Part shown: in pieces, positions 52,532 to 64,000 of the stretch | Layout of the letters: every line of letters begins with the position of its first letter | Position numbering within the stretch: the stretch's first letter is position 1 | Source of the DNA: Squalus acanthias | Taxonomy: Eukaryota | Direction of reading: 5' to 3' | NCBI GenBank assembly: GCA_030390025.1 | Contig: CM059448.1 | Span: 8,742,001 to 8,806,000, forward strand | Length of the DNA stretch: 64,000 bases | Program-made: the position numbers and the translations under genes | Notes under the pieces: generated by a model | What the model was told of the DNA's origin: nothing | Database searches by the model: none | What the model saw: the letters and a program-made list of their open reading frames with translations, nothing else

Positions 52532-52885
52532 GGCCTCAGTTGGTAGTACTCTCTCGACAACAGTTAGAAAGTTGTGGGTTTAAGGCCCACTTGAGCTCGT
52601 AATTTAGGCTAAGGGAGGAACAGCTTTCAGATGAAACATTAAAGTTGTTCAGGGAGGTAAATGATCCAAGGCATTATTTTCAGAGCAGGGAATTTAGTGT
52701 TCTGGCCAACATTCCTCCCTCAACCAAGATCAAATGAATTGTCATTTATCCTATTGCAGTTTGTAGATAAACTGGCTACCGTGTTCTCCTGCCTCATAAC
52801 AGTGACTACATTTTAAGAGTAATTGGCTGGGAAGCATTTAAGGATATCCTGAGGACATGAAAAGCATTATATAAATTATTTTCTT
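52532..52885 (+). mobile_element. Degenerate Deu-SINE
   Basis: cctcagttggtagtactc head; ctggccaacattcctccctcaacc; gcattatataaat tail. Confidence 0.7.
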
Positions 52886-52899
52886 ACATGAAAGCCATC

Positions 52900-54010
52900 A
52901 ACAACTTTTATTTATATAGCACCTTTAATGTAAAAGAACATACCAAGGTACTTCAGAGGTATAATCAAAAATGGGCACTCAGCCAAAGGAGGAGATATTA
53001 GGAGGGATGACCAAAAGCTTGGTCAAAGGGTCGTAAAGGAAGAGAGGAAGGTGGAGATGGGGTTTAGGGAGTGAGGTCCAGAGCATGGGGCCGAGGTGGC
53101 CAAGGGTGGGGTGAAGGGAATCAAAGGAACAAAGAGTTCGTGGGGGTGGGGGGGGGGAAGAATTGTAGGGCTGCAGGAGGTTACGGAGAATGGGGAGGGT
53201 GAGGCTATGAAGGAATTTAAACAGGCGAGAATTTTAAATTGGGGGACAAAGCCAGTGTAGATCATTAAGATCAGGAATTATGGGTGAGCGGGACTTAGTG
53301 CAGGATTGGATGCAGGCAGCAGAGTTGGATGAACTGCCATTTAGAGCATGGAGGACGGGAGACCAACCAGGAGAGCATTGGAATAGTGGAGTCTGGAGGT
53401 GACAAATGCATGAACAAGAGTTTCAGCAGCAGATCAGCTGAGGCAGAAGCAAAGGTAGAGCTGGGTGATGTTATGAAGGTGGAAGTAGGCTGCCTTTTGT
53501 AATGGAGAGGTTATGGGGTCGGAAGCTCAGCTTGGGATCAAATAGGAACCCGCGGTTGTGAGCAGTCTGATTCAATCCAAGACGGTGGTTGGGAAAGGAG
53601 ATGGAATTAGTGGCAAGGGTATGGAGTTTCTGGCTGGAGGCTAAGAGGATGTCGTTGGTCTTCACATTGTTTACCTGGAGTAAATTATGACTCGTTCAAG
53701 ACCTAATTTCAGACAAGCAGTCGGACAGCACAGGCGTTGGAGAAGCAGAGCTGGGTGTCATCAATGTACATGTAGAAACTGATCCTATGACTTCGATGGA
53801 TGTCACCAAGGGGCAACATATGACGTCTGTTTTGAAAGGGAGGTGGACATTACCCGAGGGTCAGTTAGCATGGGGGCCAGGAAGGGAAGTTTGGTGACCA
53901 TTAGTGGGAATGGGGTCAAGGGAGCAGGAGGTGGGTTTCATGGACCAGATGTGCTCAGTGAGGGCATGAGTGAAGATAGAACGGAAACCAGTGAAAGGCA
54001 TGGGATCAGG
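52900..54010 (-). mobile_element. L2 LINE 3' portion, fragmented
   Basis: tatttatatagcacctttaatgtaaa tail in reverse; GFLFDPKLSFRPH peptide; gagctgggtgtcatcaatgtacatgtag corresponds to the YxDDTQL motif. Confidence 0.8.
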
Positions 54011-54043
54011 CTCTTTCTGATTCGGTTATTAATTTACAACGAA

Positions 54044-54440
54044 CTTTTTTTTTACTCATCCTCGGGACGTGGGCATTGCTGACGGGCTGCCATTTATTGC
54101 CCATCCATAGTTGCCCTTGAGAAGATAGTGGTAGGCTGCCTTCTTGAGTGGTTTGATACAACTCAATGGCTTGGTAGGCCACTTTAGAGGGCAGTTAAGA
54201 ATCAACCATGTGTTGTGTATATATAGGGCAGTAAGAATGGCAGGTTTCCTTCCCTAAAGGACATTAATGAACTAGTTGGGGTTTTACGACAATTCAACAG
54301 CTTCATGGTTACTTTTACTGTTATCAGCTTTTTTATTTCCAGATTTTTTTTCTTAAACTGAATTCAAATTCTCCAACTGCTATGAACTCTCATTCTCTGA
54401 ATTACTAGTCCAGTAATATAACCAATATGCTACTGTACCC
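54044..54440 (-). mobile_element. Full-length SINE family Y; 3' ~100 nt match the tail of the LINE at 1-560
   Basis: Head gggtacagtagcatattggttatattactggactag; tail tcaagaaggcagcctaccactatcttctcaagggcaactatggatgggcaataaatgg. Confidence 0.8.
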
Positions 54441-54905
54441 ACAGCAGTAGTATTTCCAATGTTCTTTTAGCTGTTCGATTCCTTTGAAACATATCAAACT
54501 GTATACATGCAAAATGTAACCACACGAACAATACATATGAGAATATTTACATCTTATGCAAACATATTTGCCCACTGCTGACACATCCTTCCAGACAAGC
54601 TGGCTGGGTGTAACTAGAGATGCAGCATGATCAACAAACCCCTCTTGAAATGTAAGAATGGTTGCTGTTTACACCGAATGCTCTAACACAGCAACCTAAT
54701 TCAATTGCAGGATCAATGGAAGCCCCTTTTTGGTGCTCAAGACCAGCTGGCTCGAGATTCCATCTTAAATTTTATAACCCCATGAAATGAAAGAGATTTT
54801 CTCATTTGTTACAGGTTTCAGTACAGGATTCAAATACTGGGTGGATGGTTTTAATTCCGCAATTTAAGCATAGATGGGTTTCTCCATCACAAATATTTAA
54901 TCCAA

Positions 54906-54964
54906 AGGCAAAATACTGCGGATGCTGGAAATCTGAAATATAAACAGAAAATGCTTGAAATACT
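54906..54964 (-). mobile_element. Penelope-like terminal fragment (same family as 29788)
   Basis: gcaaaatactgcggatgctggaaatctgaaatataaacagaaaatgcttgaaatact nearly identical to 29792-29848. Confidence 0.8.
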
Positions 54965-55444
54965 TCATATTTAACCATAGTTTACTAGGTAGTGCATGTC
55001 ATCAGTGCATGCATGTTTTTGACCATCTGCACCAAAAGAAATCGAGTTGTCAACAATTCTTAATACATTTTATAACAGAATTTTGTCCTACGTTTATAAT
55101 TCATAGTACAAATCTACTATGACTCCGATCATGTGGAAACTTAATCAGACATGATAAGGTAACTCCAGTACTGATCTGCAAGTTAGTTCATGTCCTCACT
55201 CATCCGATCATTTGAACTGAATGTGTGAAAAAATTGATTTCAGGATTTGATTGTGATGTAGCTGTCAGCCTGTTTTGTGCATCTCTCCAATCTATGGAAC
55301 AACAGTTTGATGGAAGAGTTATATTTTGCAACTTGCACAAGCAAAACTCTTCAGTATGTTGTTTTGTGGATTTGATTAAGGTTACAGTATTGGTGTGCTG
55401 GCACATTATTAGTGCGTGTATTGAAATCCATAAAATTGTCCCTG

Positions 55445-55800
55445 ATGGCTCTGCAGGTAAATGCACTGTGGTGTACTATTGAATTATATCAACGAATAAA
55501 CAGCCCTGGTCTGTGGTATTAGCTATTGCCAACCTTAGTTTGCTAACAGTGGGAGATACCATACTCATTATAGGGTAGGAAAATTTAAGATTGGTTAACA
55601 TCCCTGTTTGCTGTTCAGTGACTTCTGGTAGTGTGTGTTTCTGGACACCAGGTGACATAGGGTCAGGCTGTGTGATGGCCCCGACAGTTAAGTAGGCTGG
55701 TGTGAAGAATGGCTACTTGGATGAAATACAAATGGGCTGCTACCATCTGTAGAGTTGTGTTCCAGCGTGAGTTGCTGCACTTGGGAGTAAAAGATGAGAT
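55445..55800 (+). mobile_element. SINE family X copy
   Basis: ggctctgcaggtaaatgcactg head; ggctgtgtgatggcccc; gtgaagaatggctacttgg. Confidence 0.6.
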
Positions 55801-56199
55801 TGAGAGCAAGCGGGGAAGTAAAGGAGAATGATGGTAAATCGTATGGTTTTTATGTAAATTTTAAACTTAAAAAATTCAGGCATTAAGAAGTTATTTACCT
55901 TTCATGTGCATTTATACTGTAGTTTTAAAAGGCTGTTGCTGCAGTTCATTGTAATATTTGATACTTGGCATAAAATGTACAAAAAGCCAAAGTTTAATAT
56001 TGGACACTGAGCAGTGAAATATTAAACTGGGGGAGTGTGGGGAACAAAAGAAACACACATGATTACTGTTTTTCTGGTGAACACTCATAATCAGTAAGTT
56101 AGCTCAGTACTGTTACCTCAGTAAACTGAAGCTAACAGGCTGTGGGTAGCTTCTTTTCTGCTACAATACCACCACAACGAAAGCTCCAAGACTGCAGTA

Positions 56200-56580
56200 T
56201 GATTGCCTCACTAACTCAGTGGATAAATGCATTGCATGGCGTACTAAATCATATTGTCTTGGGCTTGATCTCTGGTAATGAATTAGCTGATCTCATCTCA
56301 GCTGGAGAATCCATTGGATGCTACAATTGGTCTCGTTGTCCCTGAGCTGAGAAGAGGAAATTGCGGCCAAGTTCTTGAACCTGATCTCTATCCATTGATC
56401 ACTGTTGCAGCATTGGATGTCAAGTAAGGAAAGGATTGGTTTTGGTTGTGATGCCCTCAATTGAAACGCCTGCTCATACTCAGTAGAGGCTCACAAATGA
56501 AGATTAACCACTTAGCTGGGGCACTAGAAGTTACCAGCATTTCGGGAATTAAAGTAAACCATTTTGGGAGGAAAAGGAAG
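56200..56580 (+). mobile_element. SINE family X copy
   Basis: actcagtggataaatgcattgc; ttagctgatctca; gctacaattggtctc; ggttgtgatgccc. Confidence 0.7.
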
Positions 56581-57351
56581 AAATTACAATTCATTCAGTT
56601 TCATACGCAGTCTTTTATAATTAAAAAAAATCAGTTTTTCAGTCTTTAATATTTATTTTAAAACTTAATTGTCAACCAATTTGTTGCTAAGTGAAATGAC
56701 CTGTGCTTCTAATCAAACCTTTCTGTGGTTTGAACATTTTTTTTTTTTTAAAATGTAATATAGTTAGGATTTCAGTTTTGTAAGTGAGGTAAGAGATCCA
56801 AGGAGAAGAGACAACAAGACAATTATAGAAGGACTGGAAGTGCAGATGTGTCTTGCAGATGCAAACAGTCTACAACAAAGGGAAATTCACTTGGGTGTCA
56901 GTTTGTGCTCTTGGAAGTTCCCTGTTTTCTATTTGAATGCTTCAGACACATGGAAATAGTACAGGTAGTCTGCTGCTAACCGAGGTTTTCCCATCAAAGG
57001 CAACAGTGAATTATGGCATTGAAGTAGAAATATCTGACCATTATTGCATTACCAACTTACCAAGTACAAATTTCTCAAATTACTGTAGACCATTAAATGT
57101 TCACACACAATTATTTTAACACATCTGTCCTGTGGGTAGTGACTATTATCTTTGGGTGAAGTATAACAGAATTCTGCTAGATGGAATCTATAAATAGCTG
57201 AAGTATCCCAACCTTATAATTTAATGTCCCATTAACTGCAGAAATTTAAAATCAACCAGTCTGTGTACTTAGACTAATTAGAAGCAAGTCTGTGGGCAAC
57301 TAGATTATAGCAATAAATAAAATATAAATGCCTGTACAATTATAAATGAAG

Positions 57352-57620
57352 CAGCTTTCTTGATGGTTCAGTTAGTACATGTATTGTATGATGTAATGAG
57401 CTGCAAACCAGGAAAGGCCTGAAATTCTGTCCCTGTTCTCTAAGTTAGTTAATCAGCCTAGCTAGCAGCTAGGGAAATGACTGCTTTCCTTGGTGCCTAC
57501 AGTGCAAGTAAGGAAAAAAATCAGCCAGGGTTCCAGTTCCTGAAGGCTATTTGGAGACCCCTGCTGGAACGTATCCATGTGGTTGTTCGTCGCATCCAAT
57601 TTCCATATCTGGTTTAAGAG
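57352..57620 (+). mobile_element. SINE family X copy, 5' part
   Basis: ggttcagttagta head; accaggaaaggcc; aaaaaaatcagccagggttcc; gacccctgctggaa. Confidence 0.6.
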
Positions 57621-59146
57621 CTGCTTGTGTGGTAATACCTGTTTTAAATGCTTAACTGGTTTTGAGAGCAATTTAGTGAAATAACAAACGACTTTTTTTA
57701 AAGCCCACTGTGCCTATAGCTCTTGGCATAAAGTGGATAAATTGCTAAAGAGGCACATGCTCAGGGATCTGTGGTTTGCAGGGTGCTCTGCTGCTGTCTA
57801 AAATGTACTGCCCATGACATGTTGAAACTAATGGTACAGGTAGACTGGCTTTACATAAGAACGGAGATGTTTTACCTTAACCCATGATTTTTGGCAGGAT
57901 TTTTTCACAGCAAACCATAGCCTAAAGGAGTGAGCAGAGAGTACCTTAATCAAAGGAATAACGTAGATAAGGCCTAGCGAGGTTTACTTCTCTTCTTACT
58001 TCCTCTCTTGTGCCCCATTAATTATTCCCTGACAGAGGATGGGCAAAGCACCTGATCATAGGCCTTGCCTACATCAATCCTGAAGCAGCACGGAGTTATG
58101 AGAAGGCTGGCTCACCCTTTGACTATACCTCCTCCTCTTCCATGGCTAAACATCTCACCTGTGTACTTATCGCAGAGAATCTGATGTTGAGCTCACTTCA
58201 TGAGGAATTGTAGACCTAATACTGACTGGTACAGCAATCTGTATTGATGCTTTTCAAGCTAGACAAATTCCTATTTGTATAATCACTTTCCTCTACAAAA
58301 ATGTGTAAGCTAATATTTAAATTTGCACCATATTGCCATTAGTCCATTCAACTACGTGTCACAGAAGCATGATATTTATAAATATCATGAGGTTAATAAC
58401 GACTTTAAAGTGCTATGTAGATTGTCTTGCCTTTAAATAATGTATTGTGATGGCATCACATTGGTTTGCAACAAGGTTTCACATAAGTTTGAGTTTTGCG
58501 AGCTTGCCAAATTACATTTTATAAATGGCAACAATCATTAAATCTGCAAAATAAGTGTCAGTAAATTTGTGTTGCTTTCACACTCCACAAGTTTTGCATT
58601 GGTATGAAGCAGTTTAACTTGGAATGTAAATTGGGTGTGAAGGCAAGGACTGACTCCAAAGCAAGAGTGAGACTCCCTCCTCCAAGAGTTTTCATTCTAC
58701 TTCAGCCTGGCCTCAGGTCAGGCTCTGACACCAGGTTCAAGCTGCATTTAAAATATAAACTAATAAGTCAAACCGCATGGCACCAATGCTGCAGTTATAG
58801 AGTAAATGCAGCTTTAGTTTCATTTGCATACCTTGCAAGTGGATTGGATGATTTAAAAGGAATTAACTGTTTTAAAAACTGCTTAAACTCTTCTGGGGAT
58901 CATGGAAGTATCCCAGTGGCCACAGGATGACACATGACTTTAAAGAGGACTTTTTTTTTGATCAATCAAATGATTAGAACAGAACACAAGACTAAATTGA
59001 GAATATTTCGGTGAAGTTATTATCCTAGTAACTTGTGTTTACCCCATTATTATCTCTGCAGTATTTGCCAAAAGGTTAAGTGACCTGTTTCACACACTAC
59101 TGGTAATCATTGAAGTCTTCAAGGTTTTTTTTTCCTCTCCCTGCAG

Positions 59147-59233
59147 CCATCACTTCCTGTCCTTTACACGCTATCCAGCCAGGCTACCCATGAAGCTGTC
59201 CACCTCCTCTGCAGGATGTTAGTTTTTGATCCT
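59147..59233 (+). CDS. NLK: NLK internal exon (87 bp): PSLPVLYTLSSQATHEAVHLLCRMLVFDP
   Basis: Polypyrimidine tract + ctgcAG 59145-46, GTaagt 59234; translated by hand (absent from ORF track); in frame with neighbours. Confidence 0.96.
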
Positions 59234-59792
59234 GTAAGTATGCAGACTATTTTTCAAGTTGTACTGTAAAGCCCCTCTCAGTATATGAAAACAGAGCCAG
59301 TCTGTAGTAACACTATTCTCCATTACCCATAGCACTGATTTTATAATCTCAATCAGAAAAATGTCCACAATAACTGTTACTGAATTCTTGTATAATGGTG
59401 CTTGGTTACTGATCCTTGAGATTATTGTTCCTGAGCGCCTCTCTTGCATTGAAATGAGATACAATAATGTTGGGAATTTCTGCAGTTGTCTTCTGATCAT
59501 TTTTCATTTAATAGTTCTGGAGTCATTTCAGCAATTTTATTTTAATAATGACCTCGTTAATACATCTGGCCCCATATAAACCCATTTCAACGCTTTTTCA
59601 TGGAAAATAATGTATTAGACTGAGCAACTTTATAATCGTAGTAAAGATTTAAACTGAAATTAATTAGTGATTTTTTTGCTTACAGTTTTGTATAACAATG
59701 TATGCAATGTTTTACAGAATTCTCAGGTCAAATCATTATAAAATTATCAAGTTGGTATTTGTATTTAAAGCTTTTGTTCCCTTATACCATAG

Positions 59793-59991
59793 TCAAAAAG
59801 AATCTCTGCAAAGGACGCCCTGGCTCATCCATACTTGGATGAAGGACGGCTCCGGTACCACACTTGTATGTGCAAATGCTGTTATACCACCTCTACGGGA
59901 CGAGTTTACACCAATGATTTTGAGCCCATCACCAATCCCAAATTTGATGACAGCTTTGAAAAAAACCTGACATCTGTTCGGCAGGTTAAAG
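59793..59991 (+). CDS. NLK: NLK internal exon (199 bp): SKRISAKDALAHPYLDEGRLRYHTCMCKCCYTTSTGRVYTNDFEPITNPKFDDSFEKNLTSVRQVK(E)
   Basis: catAG 59791-92, GTcagt 59992; subdomain XI and Cys-rich NLK C-terminal segment. Confidence 0.97.
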
Positions 59992-60139
59992 GTCAGTGCA
60001 ATTTTGAATACTGTTGCTTATAGTTACAGCTTTTTGTTCTGAAGCCTAAGAAACCGTATACTCGTTAATATATTTAACCAAAATCATTTTGCAGGTGAAG
60101 TGACGCTTTATATACTGCTCTTGATGACCTTACTTTAGG

Positions 60140-60510
60140 ATTGACAGCGGGGTACATATATCATTGTTTTGTTATACTGTATAATACAAACCAGAAAGGT
60201 CCCAGGTTCAGCGCCTAGTCTCTGCTAAATTTGGGTGGTGGTAGCAGTTGGGGCTCGACAATCGGTCAGTGTTTCCACCCCAATCCCAGTAACTCCTGCT
60301 GGAAATGCTTGCTTGTGAGTACTGGTTGATAACAGGATCAGGTTCAGTGTTGCCCCCCACAAGCTTAATAAACTCTGTCCAAACTTACCTGAAGAATAGC
60401 TGCATCAGCAAACCACTGGGGTGGGGGGGGGGGGCGTTGCTATCACTACCTGTGTAACTAACTGCACTGTGGCATTAGCATGAGTTATCACCTTCAGCAA
60501 AGAAAGGGTT
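60140..60510 (+). mobile_element. SINE family X copy
   Basis: accagaaaggtcccaggttca; ctcctgctggaaatg; acaggatcaggttcag; caccttcagc. Confidence 0.6.
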
Positions 60511-61194
60511 AATGACAGAAACTTAGAGATGGGGGAAGACTGTTCAGTTGCACTCATTTAGTGTATGGAACTAAGTCATTTTTTTTCATTCCTCCTATAA
60601 CTTTAATTCATGAAAAAGGAAACCATCTTGATCGAGTACTAGATGTTCAGTAATTCACTAAAATGTTTGGTTAAAGATGCATTGGTACATTCCAGTTGGT
60701 TTTAAGTCATGCCACTGATGTAATAATTCTAAAACATTCAAGTGGATTAATCTCTACCTCAAGATAGTTAAGGGTTATTGGTATACAAATAGCTTTTGTT
60801 AAAGATAAAATTCCTTTCACAAAATACCAAACATTCTGTCTGGATTGTAAACCTTAATTGTAGAAAGCAAATTACTTACTTTTATGATGTGAATTATTAG
60901 AGTATCTTTTTCCTCTTGGTAAGGTATTGTTTTCTTTTGATGATCCTGAGCCATGCACAATCTCTGGCTGAGAAGGGTTCCTAGCACCCTACTCCCAACA
61001 CTTCCAGTATTACTCTAAATCTGTCACTGGGAAGTGTATAAAAGCAGCTTGACGTGCGCATATCTTCAGTTTTTCAAATACACTCCCAATCTGTGAAAGA
61101 AATGCCTGGCCTTCCTTCAGTGCTTACGCATAATGACACAACTGAGATTGAAACACTTCCAGTTGAACATAGGGAAGAACAAACCCATTGCTTT

Positions 61195-61965
61195 TGATCA
61201 CCAACCATAATTTTGCTCCCTTATCACTAACTCCATCCTCCTCCCTTGCCATTTACTAAGGCTGAACCAGTCTTTGCAAATCCTTGGCATCCTGCTCAAC
61301 CCAGACTGGCTTTCAAACCACCCATCTTTTCCATCACCAAAACCACTTGCTTCCACCTCTGCAGCATTTCCCACTTCTGCCCCACCTCATCTTCTCCACA
61401 GCTGAAACCATTTTCTTTACTTTTGTTAGCACCTCTAAAAAGTCTCTCCAATGTCCTCCTTGCTGACCTCCCATTCTCCATAAACTTCCAAATTTCCGCT
61501 GCCAGTATCCTGTCCTGCTTTCAAGTCTTACTTTCCCATCACCCCTATCCTGGCTGATCTGGTTCCCTGTCCACCAGCACATTAAATTTAAAATCATCTT
61601 CAAATCACTGTGGCCTTGCTGCACCCTACATCTGCACCGTTCTCCAGCCTAAAGCTCCTCATGAACCCTTCAGTCTTCTGACTCTGGCTATTTGTGCATG
61701 TCCCCTCCCTTCATCCCACCATTGGTGGCAGTCATTGACTACCTCTAACCCACTCTCTGAACAACCCCCTCAAAACCTCTTCACCTGTCTACTTCTTCCT
61801 CCACCTTCAAAAAGCCTTCTAAAAATCCATCCTTGTAACCAAGCTCTCTGCACCCTTCTTAATCTCTTCCCCCATGGCTTGGCACGTGTTCCCTTTTTCT
61901 GTTTTTTGTCTCCCCTCTGTAAAGCGATCTGGGACATTCTCTACATTAAGACACTTGATAAATTG
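61195..61965 (+). mobile_element. Degenerate L2 3' portion
   Basis: Parallels 34630-35265 (catcacccct, ggttccc.gtccaccagcacattaaatttaaaatc, accaagct, gtaaagcg tail). Confidence 0.75.
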
Positions 61966-62256
61966 TGTGTTTATGTGTGAGGAAATTGCAGACATAAACC
62001 CTTATCCCATCATGTTGAAGTTCTAGTGCACTGTTGCTATTTAGGAGTATTAACGCTGCAGAATTTTACATGCGCACGCAGGTATATGGGTCAATCATTC
62101 ACATCTTCAACTGGTTTCCACCTGCCCCAAAAAAACCTCTTAATGTGGGAAATTGTAAAATAACACCAGATCAAAATTATGCAGAACTTGACGACGACTT
62201 AAACAGCAGGAAGCTGTAATGTTATGACTGAATATAATTCATTTTCTGTCCTGCAG

Positions 62257-62350
62257 AGCTTATTCATCAATTCATTCTGGAACAGCAGAAAGGAAACAGG
62301 GTTCCACTATGCATCAACCCACAGTCTGCTGCATTTAAAAGCTTTATCAG
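62257..62350 (+). CDS. NLK: NLK penultimate coding exon (94 bp): (E)LIHQFILEQQKGNRVPLCINPQSAAFKSFI(S)
   Basis: ctgcAG 62255-56, GTatgc 62351; phase 1 in, phase 2 out; conserved NLK C-terminal motif. Confidence 0.96.
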
Positions 62351-62805
62351 GTATGCTGTTGCAGACATTTTGTCAAAGCATTTTTGATTCTACAGTATTA
62401 ACAGGTTATTATATCAGTTTTGGTGTGGAATAATCACCGTAAAAGGCAGAAAACCTCTAGATGAGTGGTCCCGAGAGGAACAGAGTATGTATGCTTAAAG
62501 GTTGAGCAAATTAATCAGGAAGTTAATGTTCCCAAAACTTTCTGAATAATGTATTTATCTTCGTCTACAACAATGGAACTTGTACATTCTTGTGAAATGA
62601 AATCATTCATGTAGACTTTAATTTTTTTATAACTTTCAGAAAGGATGTTTTCAAATCTTGTTAACTATATACAGGCTTTAGACAAATTTGCCAAACAAGA
62701 TCTGAATTGATATTGTATACCACATCTAATAACTAAAGTGACTTGGACTCCTGCTGGAAAACTGACCTTTTAATTTGTTTCCGTTTTTGAATTATCAAAG
62801 TAATT

Positions 62806-63532
62806 GGCCCAAAAATTAGTGCCGCTACGCGAGAGTACGCACTGTGTACTCTCGCGTATTCTGTCTCCAATTGCCGGTTTTCTGCATGCGCTGAAAACCG
62901 GCACTTGGTGAATTCAAAAGGGGGCGGTTCCTAGGTGAACCGCGTGCGCGCTACAGGCTGCGCGCACGCAGTGCACTTAGTGCTTTGAACGTGCAGGTAA
63001 GCATGGAACATTTTAGACATAAAGGAGGCATAAGACCCTCTTTTAACAAGGTAAGTAGTTAATTAAGTATTATTTTGATTTTTTTTTAACAGGTATATCT
63101 TTTTTAGAGACTTTAAAGACAGGTAAGTTTATTTTTATAACTTTTTAAAAGATTTTAAATTTTTTCAAAAATTTATTTTTTGTTTAAAATGGTTAATTTA
63201 TTTAACTACACTTATTTTATTAATGTGATGGGTTTTTTTTTTAATTTAATTGAGGTTTAGCTTTTCTTTTGGGGGGGTATAGATTCATAGCTTTCACAGC
63301 ACTTATGTGAAAGCTATGAATGAAAGATGGTGTGCTGCCATTGGCTCTAACTGAGTCACGTGATCCCACAGCTCGCACGAATTAACTACGCCTGTGGGAT
63401 ACGGAAGCCCTGCACAGCTGCTGTCCAGAACATCAAGTTCGTGCGAGCTCGGACTGAAAATGTCAGCGCGCAGTGAGAGATCGCGGGGAAGCCTTACCCT
63501 CGCACGAAGGCTCCCTCACGAATTTTTGGGCC
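62806..63532. mobile_element. Non-autonomous PIF/Harbinger-like element, family B (young, CpG- and hairpin-rich)
   Basis: TIRs ggcccaaaaattagtg / cacgaatttttgggcc (15/16 match); ATT at 62803-05 and 63533-35. Confidence 0.85.
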
Positions 63533-63744
63533 ATTGTGTTTAGAAGATAATTTTCAAATCTTTGTAGTAAAAATATGAATGTCAGAGCAGTCATTTTTTG
63601 CCACCTCTACCTTTTTTGTGGAGGGGAGCAGAATAGAAAATACACTGAAGTGTACATTGATAAGTTTAGGTAATAAATGTTCAAGATACGTATTCAGATC
63701 TGTTCCTTTGTAGAAATTCCACTCTCGGGAGGAGAAAGTTACTT

Positions 63745-64000
63745 TTTTAACTCCTTGCTGGGTTGTGATTCCACATGTACCAGGCACTCTCTGGTACCTG
63801 CCCCAGTGACTATTATTTATATCTGAGCCTTGAGCATGAGTGTTGACAAGCTGTGGAAGGCATCACATTCAAGCTCTGGCCTTTCCTCGCCCAATCTTCT
63901 CAAATGTACACTTCCGATTAGCGTCTGTGAATAGTGACCAAGAGCAGGAACCCTTCCCAACGCACACAACTGAGGCCAATTATGTGCTTACCACACATCC
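63745..64000 (-). mobile_element. SINE family X copy (runs off window)
   Basis: gagcctt..gagtgttgacaagct; ggcatcaca; gagcaggaaccct; ctgaggccaatt. Confidence 0.6.

Noticed and set aside
28020-59146. Hidden extra NLK exon or nested protein gene in the 31-kb intron
   Set aside because: The flanking exons join seamlessly (PHKQ|PSLPV) and no non-TE ORF with a recognisable product was seen
59698-59970. 90-aa ORF overlapping an NLK exon (also 62224-62433)
   Set aside because: Alternative-frame translations; the splice-consistent frame gives the NLK peptide

Overview
Eukaryotic, AT-rich, repeat-dense DNA from a cartilaginous fish (shark/ray-type HE1/V-SINE, Deu-domain SINE and CR1/HER1 repeats). 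The whole window lies inside a + strand nemo-like kinase (NLK) gene. Seven internal coding exons (10038-10144, 15731-15816, 23569-23778, 27918-28019, 59147-59233, 59793-59991, 62257-62350) splice in frame via GT-AG and encode the kinase core ([14 protein letters not shown] activation loop) and the C-terminal tail; the first and last exons are outside the window. Introns (largest 31.1 kb) carry CR1, L2 and related LINEs, four SINE families and several non-autonomous DNA transposons. Most notable observations: a minimal type I hammerhead-ribozyme motif in a 228-bp inverted Penelope-like insertion with a 15-bp TSD; a U12-type branch point before the first visible exon; a Mutator-like element with a 9-bp TSD; GGCCC-TIR/ATT-TSD Harbinger-like MITEs, one hairpin-rich with sense-strand splice donors; and three SINE/LINE tail-sharing pairs. 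No prokaryotic-type systems were seen. Repeat family names come from recognition, not a database search, and old-repeat boundaries are approximate.
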